Positions 33,148-34,218 of a stretch of DNA of 34,218 bases are shown here, piece after piece. The notes beneath the pieces were generated by a model, which ran no database searches, had not been told where the DNA came from, and saw nothing but the letters and a program-made list of their open reading frames with translations. A program made the position numbers and the translations under genes. This DNA comes from Bdellovibrionota bacterium (GTDB lineage Bacteria > Bdellovibrionota_C > UBA2361 > SZUA-149 > DAOLCO01). Every line of letters begins with the position of its first letter. The stretch's first letter is position 1. The DNA lies in assembly GCA_044351785.1 (NCBI GenBank), contig JBILFC010000001.1, positions 1 to 34,218 of the forward strand, given 5' to 3'.

Positions 33148-33212
33148 ATACGAGCTCTTAGTTGCATGCAACAAAGACGGTGGTTCTAATTTCTTTCTTT
33201 ATGCAAAATACC

Positions 33213-34218
33213 CTATATCTCCGCCAAATACTCCTGAATAGTCCTCACATCTTTACTTCCCCCAGCTCCCTGCAACTTCATCGCATCAAGAGCCACTTCA
33301 ACAGCTTGTAATGTTGTAAACAAAGGGATTCTAGCTTGAATAGAAGAACTTCTAATTGTCCTCGAATCGAGCATTGTTCCACTTCCTTCTGGAGTGTTAA
33401 TCACCATGTCAATCCTACCCAATTCAATCTCTTCAACTATATGAGGTGATCCGTCTCTAACTTTATTAATAACCTGGACCTTAATGCCATTATCATTTAA
33501 AAGTTTTGCAGTTCCAAGAGTTGCGATAATAGAGAAACCTAGATCCACTAATTCTTTTACATAAGGCACAACTTTCTCCTTATCCGACTCCTTCACGCTC
33601 ACAAATACCTTCCCTGACATTGGAAGTGGATTACTTGAAGCCTTCTGCGCTCTTGAAAATGCCTCAGCTAAAGAATATTCTATCCCCATTACCTCACCAG
33701 TAGATTTCATCTCTGGTCCAAGTATCGCATCTACTCCAGGAAATTTTATAAAAGGGAAAACTGATTCCTTTACAGCCTTATACTTAATCTTAGAAATTGC
33801 TTTTCTATAATCCGTAAAATTAAGTATTGGCCCGTAAATGCCAAGTTTATCAAGATCTTTTAAGGTCTCACCAGCCATCACTCTCGCAGCCACCTTAGCC
33901 CAAGGTACTCCTACCACTTTAGAAACAAAAGGCACACTTCTTGATGCCCTTGGATTAACTTCCAAAACATGAACTCGGCCTTGTCTGACCGCATACTGAA
34001 CATTCATCAAGCCTCTTACGCGACAATCTCTAAGTAAAGCCTTTGTACTAGCTTCAATCTCTTCAATCATCTCATCAGACAAAGTCTGACTAGGTAACAT
34101 AAAAGAACTATCTCCCGAATGCACCCCAGCTCTTTCAATATGCTCTATGATTCCGCATACAACAGCAGTCTCACCATCATACACAGCATCAACATCAATC
34201 TCGATCGCATCATCCAAG
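33213..34218 (-). CDS. carB: Carbamoyl-phosphate synthase large subunit, C-terminal part (5' end lies beyond the window)
   Basis: LEVNPRASRSVPFVSKVVGVPWAKVAARVMAG and EMKSTGEVMG. MGS-like allosteric domain GKVFVSVKESDKEK...ATLGTAKLL...INKVRDGSPHIVEEI...VINTPEG. The track's 'M' at 34217 is a TTG inside the open frame. Confidence 0.93.
   Translation of the reverse strand, partial: LDDAIEIDVDAVYDGETAVVCGIIEHIERAGVHSGDSSFMLPSQTLSDEMIEEIEASTKALLRDCRVRGLMNVQYAVRQGRVHVLEVNPRASRSVPFVSKVVGVPWAKVAARVMAGETLKDLDKLGIYGPILNFTDYRKAISKIKYKAVKESVFPFIKFPGVDAILGPEMKSTGEVMGIEYSLAEAFSRAQKASSNPLPMSGKVFVSVKESDKEKVVPYVKELVDLGFSIIATLGTAKLLNDNGIKVQVINKVRDGSPHIVEEIELGRIDMVINTPEGSGTMLDSRTIRSSSIQARIPLFTTLQAVEVALDAMKLQGAGGSKDVRTIQEYLAEI

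Noticed and set aside
1-34218. Search by eye for CRISPR arrays, tRNA/rRNA genes, IS elements, integrases, reverse transcriptases or prophage genes
   Set aside because: None found. There are no regularly spaced short repeats, no T-loop/acceptor-like tRNA signatures in the intergenic regions, and no transposase- or recombinase-like ORFs. Automated scans (tRNAscan-SE, Infernal, ISfinder) would be needed for certainty.

Overview
This is a low-GC bacterial chromosomal window (roughly 36-38% GC by eye, with a few local blocks at 43-55%). I recognised no rRNA, tRNA, CRISPR array, transposase or integrase.

Gene content:
- Left third (3-11027): a tight two-gene secreted module. A 5'-truncated subtilisin-like S8 protease is followed 15 nt later by a 3,094-aa mosaic surface protein. 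That protein has a signal peptide, an M64 (IgA-peptidase-like) domain whose HExxH reads HQVGH, an Ig-like domain, and 15 diverged cadherin-like repeats. Five of those repeats are split by an insert of roughly 75-100 aa. The C-terminal part has a lectin-like module, a D/E/H acidic tract, a Cys-His motif and four repeats of ~115 aa. The same split repeat type forms the C-terminus of the protease.
- Housekeeping genes: thrA, hpt, ribH, carB (partial) and a yedI-like gene.
- Accessory genes:
  - a secreted HExxH metalloprotease
  - a thioredoxin-fold protein lacking CxxC, in an ABC-transporter operon
  - a decayed toxin-antitoxin/ATPase islet: DUF4926-like gene, ridA 3' relic abutting a DUF4143-type AAA ATPase, and a BrnA-like antitoxin with a 30-codon BrnT-like stub
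  - a SET-domain protein
  - a GC-rich block holding two orphan genes and a lipoprotein with four atypical Kazal-like inhibitor domains
  - an ECF sigma factor with an anti-sigma/VWA fusion
  - a PIN-type (VapC-like) toxin-antitoxin pair

The mix of many secreted proteases with eukaryote-like domains (SET, Kazal, Ig) would fit a predatory or host-associated lineage such as Bdellovibrio-like organisms. That is a guess and cannot be established here.

My best candidate for an undescribed system is the subtilase plus giant pseudo-M64/cadherin protein pair and the split-repeat insert they share. All family assignments come from motif recognition by eye, not from searches.
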